Of a DNA stretch of 4,772 nt, positions 4,681 through 4,772 are shown one piece after another. Under the pieces are notes generated by a model. The model was given only the letters and a program-made list of their open reading frames with translations. It did not search any database and had not been told where the DNA came from. Position 1 is the stretch's first letter. The number at the start of each line of letters is the position of its first letter. Source of the DNA: a virus (lineage: Duplodnaviria; Heunggongvirae; Uroviricota; Caudoviricetes); the IMG/VR virus record IMGVR_UViG_2645727810_000002, one strand, 5' to 3'. The position numbers and the translations under genes were made by a program.

Positions 4681-4772
4681 ATGGAACAAACAAGTTACAG
4701 CAAACTATCACAGCGTGACGTTGATCGCGCAGAAACAGATTTACTCATCAACCTGTCAACGCTTACCCAGCG
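4681..4772 (+). CDS. Hypothetical protein, N-terminal fragment (possible CII-like regulator; continues past the right edge)
   Basis: ATG 4681 with weak SD-like AAGAA upstream; frame open to the window end (MEQTSYSKLSQRDVDRAETDLLINLSTLTQ...). Follows cro as cII does in lambda. Identity not established. Confidence 0.35.
   Translation, partial: MEQTSYSKLSQRDVDRAETDLLINLSTLTQ

Noticed and set aside
1-4772. CRISPR arrays, tRNA or rRNA genes, IS elements, integrase or attachment sites
   Set aside because: No direct-repeat and spacer periodicity, no tRNA-like cloverleaf regions, no terminal inverted repeats or transposase-like ORFs, and no integrase-sized ORF were seen in this window.

Overview
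This window reads as the immunity and early-left region of a lambdoid temperate phage or prophage. At the right, a CI-like repressor gene (minus strand, 3491..4222; HTH plus LexA-like S24 peptidase domain) faces a Cro-like gene (plus strand, 4331..4561) across a ~108-bp switch region carrying three 14-bp inverted-repeat operators (consensus ATAGCT-NN-AGCTAT) and candidate pRM/pR promoters. A strong intrinsic terminator follows cI, then a candidate OL/pL region and a ~165-nt structured leader. Leftward of that runs a tightly packed minus-strand operon: an 83-aa and a 51-aa hypothetical, an internal terminator, a CIII-like FtsH-inhibitor gene, a 36-aa overlapping ORF, a 103-aa acidic protein, recT, a Gp157-like coiled-coil protein, a 104-aa protein with tandem HTH-like repeats, and two small ORFs reaching the left edge. 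A partial plus-strand ORF at the right edge may be CII-like. No rRNA, tRNA, CRISPR array or IS element is visible. All product calls rest on remembered family motifs and by-eye signal inspection; no database search was run. The most interesting unexplained items are the absence of an N-like antiterminator despite an internal terminator, the structured pL leader, the acidic protein at the lambda-gam position, and RecT without an exonuclease partner.
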